A stretch of 46,030 bases of DNA from Pseudomonadota bacterium (GTDB lineage Bacteria > Pseudomonadota > Alphaproteobacteria > Rhizobiales > CAJQND01): positions 1 to 46,030 of the forward strand of contig JBCCEL010000003.1 in the NCBI GenBank assembly GCA_039030315.1. The letters run 5' to 3'. Every line of letters begins with the position of its first letter. Within the stretch, counting starts at the first letter, position 1. Positions 1-9,351 of the stretch are shown piece after piece. The translations under genes were made by a program, and so were the position numbers. The notes under the pieces were generated by a model, which saw only the letters and a list, made by a program, of their open reading frames with translations, was not told the origin of the DNA and made no database searches.

Positions 1-1599
1 CACGTATTTCTGGATCTTACCGGTCGAGGTTTTTGGAAGCGACCCGAAGACCACTGTCTTCGGCGCCTTGAAGTGCGCCATGTTGTCCCGGCAAAAGTCG
101 ATGATCTCCGACTCGTCGCAGGCCGCGTCCGGCTTCAACGTTACGAAAGCGCAGGGCGTCTCTCCCCACTTTTCATCTGACTTTGCGACGACGGCAGCCG
201 CGGTGATGGCCGCGTGCTTGTAGAGGGTGTCCTCAACCTCGATGGAGGAAATGTTCTCCCCGCCGGAGATGATGATGTCCTTGGAGCGGTCCTTGAGCTG
301 GATGTAGCCGTCAGCATGGCGCACGCCGAGATCGCCGGAGTGAAACCATCCGCCGGCAAAGGCCTCGTTGGTGGCGTCCGGGTTCTTCAGGTAGCCCTTC
401 ATCACGATATTGCCCTGGAACATGACCTCACCCATCGTCTCGCCGTCCCGCGGCACAGGCGTCATGGTCTCCGGGTCCATCACGTCCAGATCCTCCAGTG
501 CCGGATAGCGCACCCCCTGGCGCGCCTTCCTGGCGGCCCGCCCGGAGCCGTCCAGTTCATCCCACTCGGACTTCCACTGGTTGACCACGGCCGGTCCGTA
601 GGTTTCGGTCAGGCCGTAGACATGGGTGACGTTGAAGCCGGCATCGGCCATGCCGGCGAGCACGGCTTCCGGTGGCGGTGCCGCCGCGGTTATGAACTGG
701 ACCGCATGGGGCAGCTCGCGCTTTTCCGACGCTGGCGCATTGAGCAGCGTCGACATGACGATCGGCGCCCCGCACATGTGGGTGACCTTGTGTTCTGCAA
801 TGGCATCGAAGATCGCGCCGGCCCGCACCCAGCGCAGACAGACATGCGTTCCGGCCACAACCGAGACCGACCAGGGGAAGCACCAGCCGTTGCAGTGGAA
901 CATGGGCAGGGTCCACAGGTAGGTGCAGGCCTGAGGCATGGAGGCGGAGACCACGTTGCCATAGCCCATGAGGTAGGCGCCGCGGTGATGGTACACCACG
1001 CCCTTCGGGTTGCCGGTCGTGCCGGAGGTATAGTTGAGCGAGATGGCGTTCCATTCATCCTCCGGCGGAGCCCAGGCGAACTCAGGATCGCCGTCTGCGA
1101 TGAACGCCTCGTACTCCATGCTGCCGAGCAGAGCGCCCTCCTGCTGAAACTCCGGATCGTCATAATCGATGACCAGAGGATCGGCATCCGCCAGCTTCAG
1201 CGCTTCGGCCATGGTGGCTGAAAACTCACGGTCGGTGATCACCACCTTGGCGTTCGCGTGATCCAGCATGAAGGCCACATTGGCCGCATCCAGCCGGGTA
1301 TTGATGGAGTGCAGAACCCCGCCGGTCATGGGCACGCCGTAGTGGCACTCCAGCATGGGCGGCGTGTTGGACAGCATGGCCGAAACCGTGTCGCCCTTGC
1401 CGATTCCGTGGCGCTGCAGCACCGAGGCCAGCTTGCGGGCACGCGCATAGAACTCGCCATACGTAAAGCGCTGGCTTCCGTGAATGATCGCGGTCCGGTC
1501 CGGGAACACCATGGCGGAGCGCTGCAGGAAGGAGAGCGGCGTCAGTTGCTGGTAGTTGGCCGCATTCTTGTCTAGGTCTGTTTCGTAAGGATTGCTCAT
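1..1599 (-). CDS. Acyl-CoA synthetase (AMP-binding, DmdB/FadD-like), C-terminus runs off the window
   Basis: Translated by hand (missing from the ORF track): MSNPYETDLDKNAANYQQLTPLSFL..., AMP-binding YTSGTTGNPKGV, YGLTE, GWFHSGD, ending LPKTSTGKIQKYV at position 1. Confidence 0.92.
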   Translation of the reverse strand, partial: MSNPYETDLDKNAANYQQLTPLSFLQRSAMVFPDRTAIIHGSQRFTYGEFYARARKLASVLQRHGIGKGDTVSAMLSNTPPMLECHYGVPMTGGVLHSINTRLDAANVAFMLDHANAKVVITDREFSATMAEALKLADADPLVIDYDDPEFQQEGALLGSMEYEAFIADGDPEFAWAPPEDEWNAISLNYTSGTTGNPKGVVYHHRGAYLMGYGNVVSASMPQACTYLWTLPMFHCNGWCFPWSVSVVAGTHVCLRWVRAGAIFDAIAEHKVTHMCGAPIVMSTLLNAPASEKRELPHAVQFITAAAPPPEAVLAGMADAGFNVTHVYGLTETYGPAVVNQWKSEWDELDGSGRAARKARQGVRYPALEDLDVMDPETMTPVPRDGETMGEVMFQGNIVMKGYLKNPDATNEAFAGGWFHSGDLGVRHADGYIQLKDRSKDIIISGGENISSIEVEDTLYKHAAITAAAVVAKSDEKWGETPCAFVTLKPDAACDESEIIDFCRDNMAHFKAPKTVVFGSLPKTSTGKIQKYV

Positions 1600-1881
1600 G
1601 GCGCAGGCAGTCTTCTGGCTGAAAGGGCTGGAGTTTGCGCCAAGCTATTCAAAGCGGCGGCCAAGAGCAATCGGAGGTTCGTCGCACGGAGTTTCAAGGC
1701 CCTTCCACCAATCAAGGAGAGCATGGCCGCTCATTCAGGTCAGAAGCTAAAGACATGCTCCCGCTCAAGATTTCCATCGCAGCAGTGGTCCCAGCTGATC
1801 TCTGAGCACATTCGGACCTTGCTCTAGCGGCCAGTTCCGGAGGCTCGACATTGACTTGACCGATCGCTGAGTCGTCTCAAA

Positions 1882-2454
1882 TTAAAAATATCCCTGTTCC
1901 GAAGAACCTTTGATCTCATTTGTACCAATAAGCTGAAAATGTCGGCAAATCTCGAAAGCATTAACCCTCGCTGAATTAGCTTCTGCATCCAAATGCAGGC
2001 ACCCATCGCGTGGTATTGCAGAAATTTCAAATTCTCTCAGGAAGCGGTGTAGTTCTTCCACCGTTGAAATTTTACCACGCATCACTCGATCGGCATTGTC
2101 GATACGCCGGATGAGTTCGCGTTCAGAACAGGAAAGAAAAACCGGCAATATTATACCACCGTTGCGATGAACTATTTCCTCAAACTGATTGAGTTCATTT
2201 CCATCGCTGGAGCCAGAATAACAATATGTCATAACAACTATAGGAACGCTATGCTTGAAAGCGCTATCGAGAACTATCAGCCGAATCGAATGTACCAGCG
2301 ACCAAAATCCTGGCGCACCAAACTCGAAGATGGTGCGTGCGATATCGATAGCGGAATGATTGTCAAAAATCCTTCCGCTTACGATTTTAGCCACTTCCAT
2401 TGCAACTGCCAGTTTTCCACTGGCCGGCGCCCCATGAATCATGATTAATTTCAT
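1882..2454 (-). CDS. Small P-loop nucleotide/shikimate kinase-like protein (AAA_33-like)
   Basis: N-terminal Walker A variant GAPASGKL; FDNH after strand 2; LID-like ELIRRIDNADR; 190 aa; AT-rich. Confidence 0.75.
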   Translation of the reverse strand: MKLIMIHGAPASGKLAVAMEVAKIVSGRIFDNHSAIDIARTIFEFGAPGFWSLVHSIRLIVLDSAFKHSVPIVVMTYCYSGSSDGNELNQFEEIVHRNGGIILPVFLSCSERELIRRIDNADRVMRGKISTVEELHRFLREFEISAIPRDGCLHLDAEANSARVNAFEICRHFQLIGTNEIKGSSEQGYF

Positions 2455-2625
2455 ACTATCAGGCTTGATGCTTGCGGTGTTACATTAAGATAATACTTAT
2501 CTTCTTAAACGCAATTAATAAGTATTATTTATGTAATTTTGTGGAAAATTTTCAGAAAATTGAAAAAAGCTTTACCAAAAAACGCGCAGAAATTAAATAG
2601 GCCTTATTACTTCAAAATCTAATCG

Positions 2626-3903
2626 CTAAGTTCCACTGGAAACAAATACTCTTCTTCGATATGGCCGAGCTATCCGATGCACGTGGCCGATTTTCTCGAT
2701 TGCCGAATCATACCACGCTACCTCCAAGTCCCGAAACATGAACCTGGTTCTCAATTCTCCAGAATCTGGAACGGCGGAAACCAGGTGCAACGGTATTCCC
2801 GCCCCACGTGCAACGCCGGACTCAATCAGTGAGTTCAGATTACCCTCACTGACATCGGCAATCAAAAACTCGCTCTTCCGAATGCGCCCTACGATAGCTT
2901 CTGCTGCGGATTGCGCACCCACCCTTTCCCCCAGCACACACGGCATATTGGTTACTCTTTCGATCATCCCCTTCAGCCGCAGCAGTAGATCCCTGTCGGT
3001 CTTAAATGACCCCGTCAGAAACGAATATGCCGGAGCGATGGGCTCGCTATATCTGCCATCAAACAGGTCAAATGCCTCATGCAGGTTTTGGTCATCCTTA
3101 CCCGTCGGAGCCGGAAAAACACGTGCACCGACGCAATTTGCCACCAATTCCGGTGAGACTTGAACCCCCTCCTCTGCAAAAAGCAAGACGGGGCGCTCGC
3201 AAGATTGCGCGATTTGCGCTTCTTTCAGCACCCATTTCGATGTGAACCCGTTTGCCTCATTCCTTTTCCTGTATGGCAATACGCATACCAATCCACCGCA
3301 CGATTCGATGATGCGTCGGACACGGTCTCCAGACCCGAAGTTTGGATAATTGGGCGCGTCTCCAATCGCTCGGTATCGGCGCCGCGACATCTCCCGCCAA
3401 ACCGAATCTGCACAATGGGCTTCGTCTTGATGCCATGACCGCGCTAAGTATACATCGTAACGGCTCGATACTGTTGGTGCGGGGTCAGATACTAGTCCTT
3501 GTAAAATGGCAATTGCAGCTTCCGTTTCAAAATTGAATGCCCGAATTACTGGGGTATTGCTAAGAAACTTGGGAACCGACGCCTCGTCCAATTGCATCGC
3601 TACTATACGAAATCTTGGATCAGAACGACGCTCCTGAAGAGCTACATTAAATTCATCTTCACACCAACTCGAATTGGTCCAATCTTCCGAAACACAAAAC
3701 ACGGCCGCCCTTGAATCTTCCATTGCACGCGTTAGACCTGAAGCCAGTCGATCGCCTCCAAACAATCCGTCTTGATCCCACCAAACGTTCAAGCCTGCTG
3801 TCTCGGATAGCCATTTGGCCATCGGCTGCACCTGCTCCACATTGCTGTGGGAATAACTAAGGAACAGATCCCAGCTTCGTTTTTGGAACAAATCGGTGGT
3901 CAT
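2626..3903 (-). CDS. TIR-domain protein with a second TIR-like domain and a C-terminal nucleoside 2-deoxyribosyltransferase (NDT)-like domain
   Basis: Domain 1 WDLFLSYSH...WWD...SSWCEDEF; domain 2 YDVYLARSW...SKWVLKEAQIA...PVLLF; domain 3 IADVSEGNLNSLIESGVARG. ATG at 3903 (alternative TTG 3909). Confidence 0.8.
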   Translation of the reverse strand: MTTDLFQKRSWDLFLSYSHSNVEQVQPMAKWLSETAGLNVWWDQDGLFGGDRLASGLTRAMEDSRAAVFCVSEDWTNSSWCEDEFNVALQERRSDPRFRIVAMQLDEASVPKFLSNTPVIRAFNFETEAAIAILQGLVSDPAPTVSSRYDVYLARSWHQDEAHCADSVWREMSRRRYRAIGDAPNYPNFGSGDRVRRIIESCGGLVCVLPYRKRNEANGFTSKWVLKEAQIAQSCERPVLLFAEEGVQVSPELVANCVGARVFPAPTGKDDQNLHEAFDLFDGRYSEPIAPAYSFLTGSFKTDRDLLLRLKGMIERVTNMPCVLGERVGAQSAAEAIVGRIRKSEFLIADVSEGNLNSLIESGVARGAGIPLHLVSAVPDSGELRTRFMFRDLEVAWYDSAIEKIGHVHRIARPYRRRVFVSSGT

Positions 3904-4104
3904 GCTCAAACCTAGTATAGATCAGCGCAGAGCAGAAAAATAACAGCAATTCAGCTGACTGCAAGGGTTCGAAATCGACCTTAAACATCAGTGATTTGGG
4001 CAGTTGACTCATCGATCTCAAAAGTAGAGGAACACCCAAATTGCAGCAAGGCGGTCAGATCATAGTGATCCGTGCCTGCGATATCTGCCGGCAAACTCTT
4101 CGAG

Positions 4105-4602
4105 CTACACAATCTGCAGCTCCGCCAGTATCTCTGCGACAATCTCCATTCCCGCAGCCCAGCCCTTGTCCATGCCGGCGATCGCTTCGGCAAAGCAGGC
4201 GATTTCCGCCTCGCTGGCGTCGTGCGGCACCCATGTGAGCTTCATGTCGGTCTTGGTGCCCGCCTGCTCAAAGGTCACCGTCGTGAGCAGAACCCTCGGC
4301 CAGTCCGGCATCATGGGGTTAGTGGCAATGTTCCAGTCCGCATCCGCCATGGAGTGAAGCCAGACCAGCCGGGACGGGGGCGTCACTTCGGTGTACTCCA
4401 CTCTCTGGTAGCCGGAGTTCTCCCCGAACTTCATCTCATTGAGCCAGAGTCCGCCGACACTCACGTCGAGTTTGTGGATGACGGTTTCCACGCCGGGTCC
4501 GTACCATCGCGAAAGAAACGCCTCCTCCGTCCAGGTTCGCCACACCAGCTCGCGCGGCGCATCGAATGTCCGTTCAAGGACGTAAACGGGGAGTTCGCTC
4601 AT
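4105..4602 (-). CDS. SRPBCC (AHSA1-like) domain protein
   Basis: LERTFDAPRELVWRTWT...WYGP...GW pattern; overlaps the stop of the ArsR gene. Confidence 0.9.
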   Translation of the reverse strand: MSELPVYVLERTFDAPRELVWRTWTEEAFLSRWYGPGVETVIHKLDVSVGGLWLNEMKFGENSGYQRVEYTEVTPPSRLVWLHSMADADWNIATNPMMPDWPRVLLTTVTFEQAGTKTDMKLTWVPHDASEAEIACFAEAIAGMDKGWAAGMEIVAEILAELQIV

Positions 4603-4967
4603 AGCTCCTGTCCTCTGCCTTCAGTCTTCTTGAGATCGTCGAGGAGATCGTCCAACTGGTCAAAGCTTGAGGACCAGAACGCCTGGAATTCCTCAAGCCA
4701 CTGCACCGCGCCTCGCATGGGCTCCGCCTTGAGCCGGGCCGGCCGCCTCTGCCGGTCAACCTGGCGCTCCACCAGCCCGGCCTGCTCCAGAACCTTCAGA
4801 TGCCTCGAGATCGCGGGCTGACTGATCCGAAACGGGGCCGCGATTTCATTGACGGAGGCCTCGCCTCCTGCGAGCCGCGAGAGTATGGCCCTCCTTGTAG
4901 GATCGGCCAGGGCCGCAAAGACTGCATCCAGATGGTGGCTTTCCGTTCCATAACCAAAATGTTCCAT
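4599..4967 (-). CDS. ArsR/SmtB family transcriptional regulator
   Basis: LDAVFAALADPTRRAIL...SQPAISRHLKVLEQAGLV; classic ArsR-SRPBCC pair. Confidence 0.92.
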   Translation of the reverse strand: MEHFGYGTESHHLDAVFAALADPTRRAILSRLAGGEASVNEIAAPFRISQPAISRHLKVLEQAGLVERQVDRQRRPARLKAEPMRGAVQWLEEFQAFWSSSFDQLDDLLDDLKKTEGRGQEL

Positions 4968-5002
4968 AACTTATATGTTATATAATTCCTCATGAATGTC
5001 AA
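4945..5002 (-). promoter_or_regulatory. Sigma-70 promoter with overlapping putative ArsR operator
   Basis: TTGACA (5002-4997), 16 nt, TAACAT (4980-4975), 7 nt, ATG 4967; palindrome ATAAC-N6-GTTAT at 4966-4981 within 16-bp-periodic repeats. Confidence 0.6.
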
Positions 5003-5123
5003 CCGCTGGAAGAGTTTGCGGGGCCAGGGGCGGTGACTGTGACTGTGAATGCCCAGAGTCGCGGGCAAGGTGCCGAGATCGCGAGTGTACGGGGAGAAAC
5101 GGCCCGCCGGTGAACTCAGGCGG

Positions 5124-5699
5124 TCACCTGATGCGTTTGCCGTTCTTGAACCGGCAGGTCTGGGTCAATTTTTTGGCCCCTGAGATCCTGTAGCATTTGC
5201 CGGTCCCGTGCTGGCGCCCGTTTCTCCAGGGGCCGATGTAGCCTGCCCCTCTCGGCAGGAAGACCTCACCCTGCCCGTGTCTCTGGTTGTCGACATAGTT
5301 GCCGGCATACCAGACACCGTTCGGCCAGCGGTACTTTCCGTGCCCCTGTTTCTTGTTCGCGCGAAAGTATCCCGCGTAAGTCGATCCGTTGTGGAATTCG
5401 ATTTCGCCGAAACCTTCCATGATCCCCCGCTTGTACTCAACCTTGTAGCGGTCCGTGTTGAGGACGCCCTGCACCACGTGGCGGATCACCAGCCGGCCCT
5501 TGCCGTGCGCTTTTCCGTTCGCGCATTTGCCGGACCATGAGTAGGACGGCTTGCCGTGCGGAAAGAAGTTCCACAGAACACAACCTTCCTTGGTCTTCAC
5601 CCAACCCTCTGCAGCGTGCGCATCTGGCGTGTTCATCCCGGGGGCAAGGGCAAACCACAACCCCATGGCACCAGTAAGGGAAAGCGTCCAACTTGCCAT
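5124..5699 (-). CDS. Exported MORN-repeat protein
   Basis: Repeats YAGYFRANKKQGHGKYRWPNG / YAGNYVDNQRHGQG / YIGPWRNGRQHGTG; signal peptide; AGGAGA RBS before ATG 5699. Confidence 0.85.
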   Translation of the reverse strand: MASWTLSLTGAMGLWFALAPGMNTPDAHAAEGWVKTKEGCVLWNFFPHGKPSYSWSGKCANGKAHGKGRLVIRHVVQGVLNTDRYKVEYKRGIMEGFGEIEFHNGSTYAGYFRANKKQGHGKYRWPNGVWYAGNYVDNQRHGQGEVFLPRGAGYIGPWRNGRQHGTGKCYRISGAKKLTQTCRFKNGKRIR

Positions 5700-5949
5700 T
5701 TCAGGTTCTCCTATATCCCGCCGGATTACCGAAGTTCTGACGCAAGAGCCCATGACCGCAGGAATAGTCTGAGCCTCCTGAAACTCTTTTCGAACATCAC
5801 CAAGCAGTATTCGCGGCCAACTGTTTGTTCGCGAGCGTACCATGAATTGCACCGCTGCGATGCCGCTCCGGGTGCGCAGATGGAATGCCGGTTGAGGCAA
5901 TGCCTTCACGCCCCTAAACTCAGCCCTGCAGGACAGGGCGCAAGGGAGA

Positions 5950-6906
5950 ATGGCGATGGTGCAGTCGGTTGATATCGGAACCATGTTCGGCGCTGGCGGA
6001 GCCGATACCTTTTTGGGGCTGCCGCCCTGTTTTGACGTAACGCAGATAGATGCCAGGATCGCCATGATCGGCGCACCGTGCGCCACGCCCTACCCATCGG
6101 TCGGCCCCTATTGCGCCGGCGCGCCGGCAGCACTGCGGACGGCCATGGCACCCTACGCGGAGAACCGCCACCACATGGATTTCGATCTTGGAGGGACCAT
6201 ATTTCCGGGCGACGAGGTGACCGCCGTCGACTGCGGCGACATCGCCTACGACGAGACCGAGCCGCGGGCAAACCGCAAGCGGATCCGGGACGCGGTTTGC
6301 TGGATACTTGACCGCGGCGCCGTTCCCATGGTCCTCGGCGGAGACGACTCCATCCCGATCCCGGTGGTGCAGGCCTTTGAAGGCAGAGGCGATCTCACCA
6401 TCCTCCAGATCGACGCACACATTGACTGGCGCGAGGAAGTCGGCGGCGTGCAGATGGGGCTGTCCAGCACCATGCGCCGGTCGTCGGAAACACCGCACGT
6501 GACGCGCATCGTTCAGGCCGGTCAGCGGGCAATCGGTTCCGCCCGTCCCGGCGACCACGAGGACGCGCTGGCGTGGGGCGTGAAATTCGTTCCAGCAGGC
6601 GCCATTCACGCCGCAGGTATTGCCCCGGTGCTGGACCATGTCGAGCCCGGCAGCAATGTGCTGATCTCGCTGGACGTGGACGCTCTCGACCCGTCTCTGG
6701 TGCCGGGTGTCATCGGCCCCGCGCCGGGCGGTCTTACGTATCACCAGGTGGTCGGCTTGATCGCCGGCGTTGCCCAAAGAGCCCGCATCGCAGGCTTCAC
6801 GATTGTAGAGTTCCTACCGGACCGAGACGTCAACGGCATCGGCGCGCTCACATCGGCCCGCATCATCGTCAACGCGCTCGGGCACATCGCCCGGCAGGTC
6901 GCCTGA
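5950..6906 (+). CDS. Agmatinase/arginase-family ureohydrolase
   Basis: GGDDS, DAHID, SLDVDALDP, PGGL, VEF motifs. Confidence 0.88.
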   Translation: MAMVQSVDIGTMFGAGGADTFLGLPPCFDVTQIDARIAMIGAPCATPYPSVGPYCAGAPAALRTAMAPYAENRHHMDFDLGGTIFPGDEVTAVDCGDIAYDETEPRANRKRIRDAVCWILDRGAVPMVLGGDDSIPIPVVQAFEGRGDLTILQIDAHIDWREEVGGVQMGLSSTMRRSSETPHVTRIVQAGQRAIGSARPGDHEDALAWGVKFVPAGAIHAAGIAPVLDHVEPGSNVLISLDVDALDPSLVPGVIGPAPGGLTYHQVVGLIAGVAQRARIAGFTIVEFLPDRDVNGIGALTSARIIVNALGHIARQVA

Positions 6907-6915
6907 GGAGAAAAC

Positions 6916-7731
6916 ATGTCAGTCAGTTTTGATTTTTCCGGCAAGACGGTCTTCGTCTCCGGCGGAACCAGTGGGATCAATCTCGGAGTCGCCGAAGGCT
7001 TTGCAGCCGCGGGGGCAAGGGTCTTCGTCATCAGCCGCAGTGAAGACAAGGTTGCCGCCGCGGTGGAACGCCTGAGGGTAGCCGGCGCGGAGGCGGCGGA
7101 CGGGCGATCAGCGGATGTCCGCGACCACGATGCGGTGAAGCAGACCTTTGAAGACTGCGCCGGAATGTTCGGTAAGATCGATGTCCTGATCTCGGGCGCG
7201 GCTGGAAACTTTCCGGCGATGGCCAACGACATCTCATCCAACGGCTTCCGTGCCGTACTGGAGATCGACGTGCTGGGCACCCACCACGTGATGACCTCTG
7301 CCTATCCTCATCTCAAGAAGCCGGGGGCTTCGGTCATCAACATTTCCGCCCCCCAGGCAGTGGTTCCGATGATCGGGCAGGTTCACGTCTGCGCGGCCAA
7401 GGCGGGAGTGGACATGATCACCAAGACCCTGGCGCTGGAATGGGGTGCCGAGGGCATCCGGATCAACTCGGTCATTCCCGGTCCGATCGAGGATACGGAG
7501 GGAATGCGCCGTCTGGCCCCGGGCGAAGAGGCCATGAAGGCGGTCAGCGAAACGGTTCCCCTCAGGCGGAACGGCAAGGCGCAGGACATCGCAAACATGT
7601 GCATGATGCTCTCTTCGGATGCGGCCAACTATGTCAGCGGCGTCATCGTGCCGGTAGACGGAGGCTGGTATCTCGGAGGTGTCGGCACCGCGCTTGAACG
7701 GACGCTCGCAGGCCTGAAGAGCAGCTCATGA
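6916..7731 (+). CDS. SDR oxidoreductase (2,4-dienoyl-CoA reductase-like)
   Basis: SGGTSGINLG, GAAGNF, HVCAAKAGV, PGPIEDTEG. Confidence 0.88.
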   Translation: MSVSFDFSGKTVFVSGGTSGINLGVAEGFAAAGARVFVISRSEDKVAAAVERLRVAGAEAADGRSADVRDHDAVKQTFEDCAGMFGKIDVLISGAAGNFPAMANDISSNGFRAVLEIDVLGTHHVMTSAYPHLKKPGASVINISAPQAVVPMIGQVHVCAAKAGVDMITKTLALEWGAEGIRINSVIPGPIEDTEGMRRLAPGEEAMKAVSETVPLRRNGKAQDIANMCMMLSSDAANYVSGVIVPVDGGWYLGGVGTALERTLAGLKSSS

Positions 7732-8573
7732 GCAGGTTCTCTGTCACGACAATGGGGCAACCCGAGTTGGACACTGCTGTCGGCTGGGCGCAGGCAGAAG
7801 GCTGGAACCCTGGCACCGACGACGCGCCGGCCTTCCTGGCCGCGGACGAGGGCGGGTTCCTGATGGGACATCTGGACGATGAGCCCGTCTCCTCGATCTC
7901 GGTTGTGCGTTACGGCGAGACCTACGGCTTTCTCGGCTTCTACATCTGCCGGCCCGAGTACCGCGGGCAGGGTTTCGGATTGAAGACCTGGGATGCCGGT
8001 ATGGCCAGGCTGGAGGGTCGGACAGTGGGCCTCGACGGTGTGGTCGAGCAGCAGGACAACTACAGGAAATCCGGCTTTGTCCTGGCGCACAACAACATCC
8101 GGCATGGAGGATGCGTTGATGTGGATCAGGGATCAGACCGCTCGGTCCGCACGGTGAGCCTTGAGGATGTCGCGGCGATCCTGCGCTATGACGGCGTGTT
8201 TTTCCCGGCCGATCGCAGCCGGTTCGTTTCGGCCTGGCTCAGCGGCGCCGGCACGCGCCGTGCCCGGGTTTGCATCGAGGATGGAGAAGTGCGGGGTTAC
8301 GGCGTTGTCCGCCAGTGTGATCGTGGCTCGAAGATCGGCCCGCTGTTTGCGGATACGGAGGCCATCGCCGAGCGCCTGTTCCTCCAGCTTGCGGCCGCCG
8401 CGCCGGACATGCCGGTCTACCTCGACACGCCCGAAACGAACCCCGCAGCCGTTGCGCTTGCCCGCCGTAACGGTCTGGAGCCGGTGTTCGAGACCGCACG
8501 GATGTATCGTGGCGAGGCCCCGCAGCTTCCGGCGGACCGGACCTTCGGCATCACGACCTTTGAACTGGGCTAG
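7728..8573 (+). CDS. Tandem GNAT N-acetyltransferase (YitH-like)
   Basis: WAQAEGWNPG, GFYICRPEYRGQGFG, KIGPLFAD, terminal GITTFELG. Confidence 0.88.
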   Translation: MSRFSVTTMGQPELDTAVGWAQAEGWNPGTDDAPAFLAADEGGFLMGHLDDEPVSSISVVRYGETYGFLGFYICRPEYRGQGFGLKTWDAGMARLEGRTVGLDGVVEQQDNYRKSGFVLAHNNIRHGGCVDVDQGSDRSVRTVSLEDVAAILRYDGVFFPADRSRFVSAWLSGAGTRRARVCIEDGEVRGYGVVRQCDRGSKIGPLFADTEAIAERLFLQLAAAAPDMPVYLDTPETNPAAVALARRNGLEPVFETARMYRGEAPQLPADRTFGITTFELG

Positions 8574-8757
8574 AAGCCCCCAGTCTTGCCATCTGTGTTC
8601 ACCAGCCCTGCGGAGCGACGGTACTTCGCCGGGTTCGTGGAACCCACGATCGAAGATGCACCGAAGGCGCGATGCAGGGGCGCCCGTTAACCACGCCCCT
8701 TGACCGAAGTTTCACCGCTTGTTGCTAGGCTCTCCCCTTAGATTGGAGAACGCAGCC

Positions 8758-9351
8758 GTGACATTCGAAGACGAAATCAAGCCAATCCATTGGCATGACA
8801 TGCTTTCCGGGATGGGCACCCGCAAGGAGAGGCTCGCCGTCCGCAGCGGGATCGCTGTAGGGGCTATCCTGTTTGCCCTACTGTCAGTCACCATGGCGGT
8901 GTTTGTCTATGCCGTCTTCGCCGCCTTTTCCAGGAAGGGCGTTGACGGCGTACTGGCCGACCCCATGATCCTCGGACTCATTGCAGCCGGCACAGTCGTG
9001 GGAATCGTCGCCATCTTCTATCTGGTGTTCGACAAGCGGGCTCTCCAGTTGCTTTGGGGCCTGCGTAACGGCCCCGCTGTGGAACCGGGCATGCTGCGGC
9101 CGGACATCAATACCGGCAACGTCCGCGTGACGCTCGGCGATGACGCAATCGAACTGCGCATGCCGCACGACCTTGACCGGGTCAAATGGTCTGCATTCAC
9201 GGAGCTGCGCGAAACGGCCGATACGATCATGCTCATGTTCAACCGGAAGGTCGGCGTGGTTGTGCCGAAAGCCGTGCTGGTGCGTGATGGATTGCTGGAC
9301 GAAGCGCGGGCACACATTTCTTCAAGGCTTCCAACGGAGCCGGCACAATGA
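8758..9351 (+). CDS. YcxB-family membrane protein
   Basis: Two TM helices then KWSAFTELRET...VVPK; GTG start after GGAGAA. Confidence 0.65.
   Translation: MTFEDEIKPIHWHDMLSGMGTRKERLAVRSGIAVGAILFALLSVTMAVFVYAVFAAFSRKGVDGVLADPMILGLIAAGTVVGIVAIFYLVFDKRALQLLWGLRNGPAVEPGMLRPDINTGNVRVTLGDDAIELRMPHDLDRVKWSAFTELRETADTIMLMFNRKVGVVVPKAVLVRDGLLDEARAHISSRLPTEPAQ

Noticed and set aside
214-1221. 335-aa plus-strand ORF and similar long antisense ORFs (19814-21022, 21517-23079, 29022-31097, 30739-32313, 39398-40501, 44457-45575)
   Set aside because: They overlap well-supported genes on the opposite strand and lack recognisable motifs
2626-3903. Assigning the TIR gene to Thoeris, CBASS or Pycsar
   Set aside because: No ThsA (SIR2/SLOG/Macro), cyclase or other partner gene in the window
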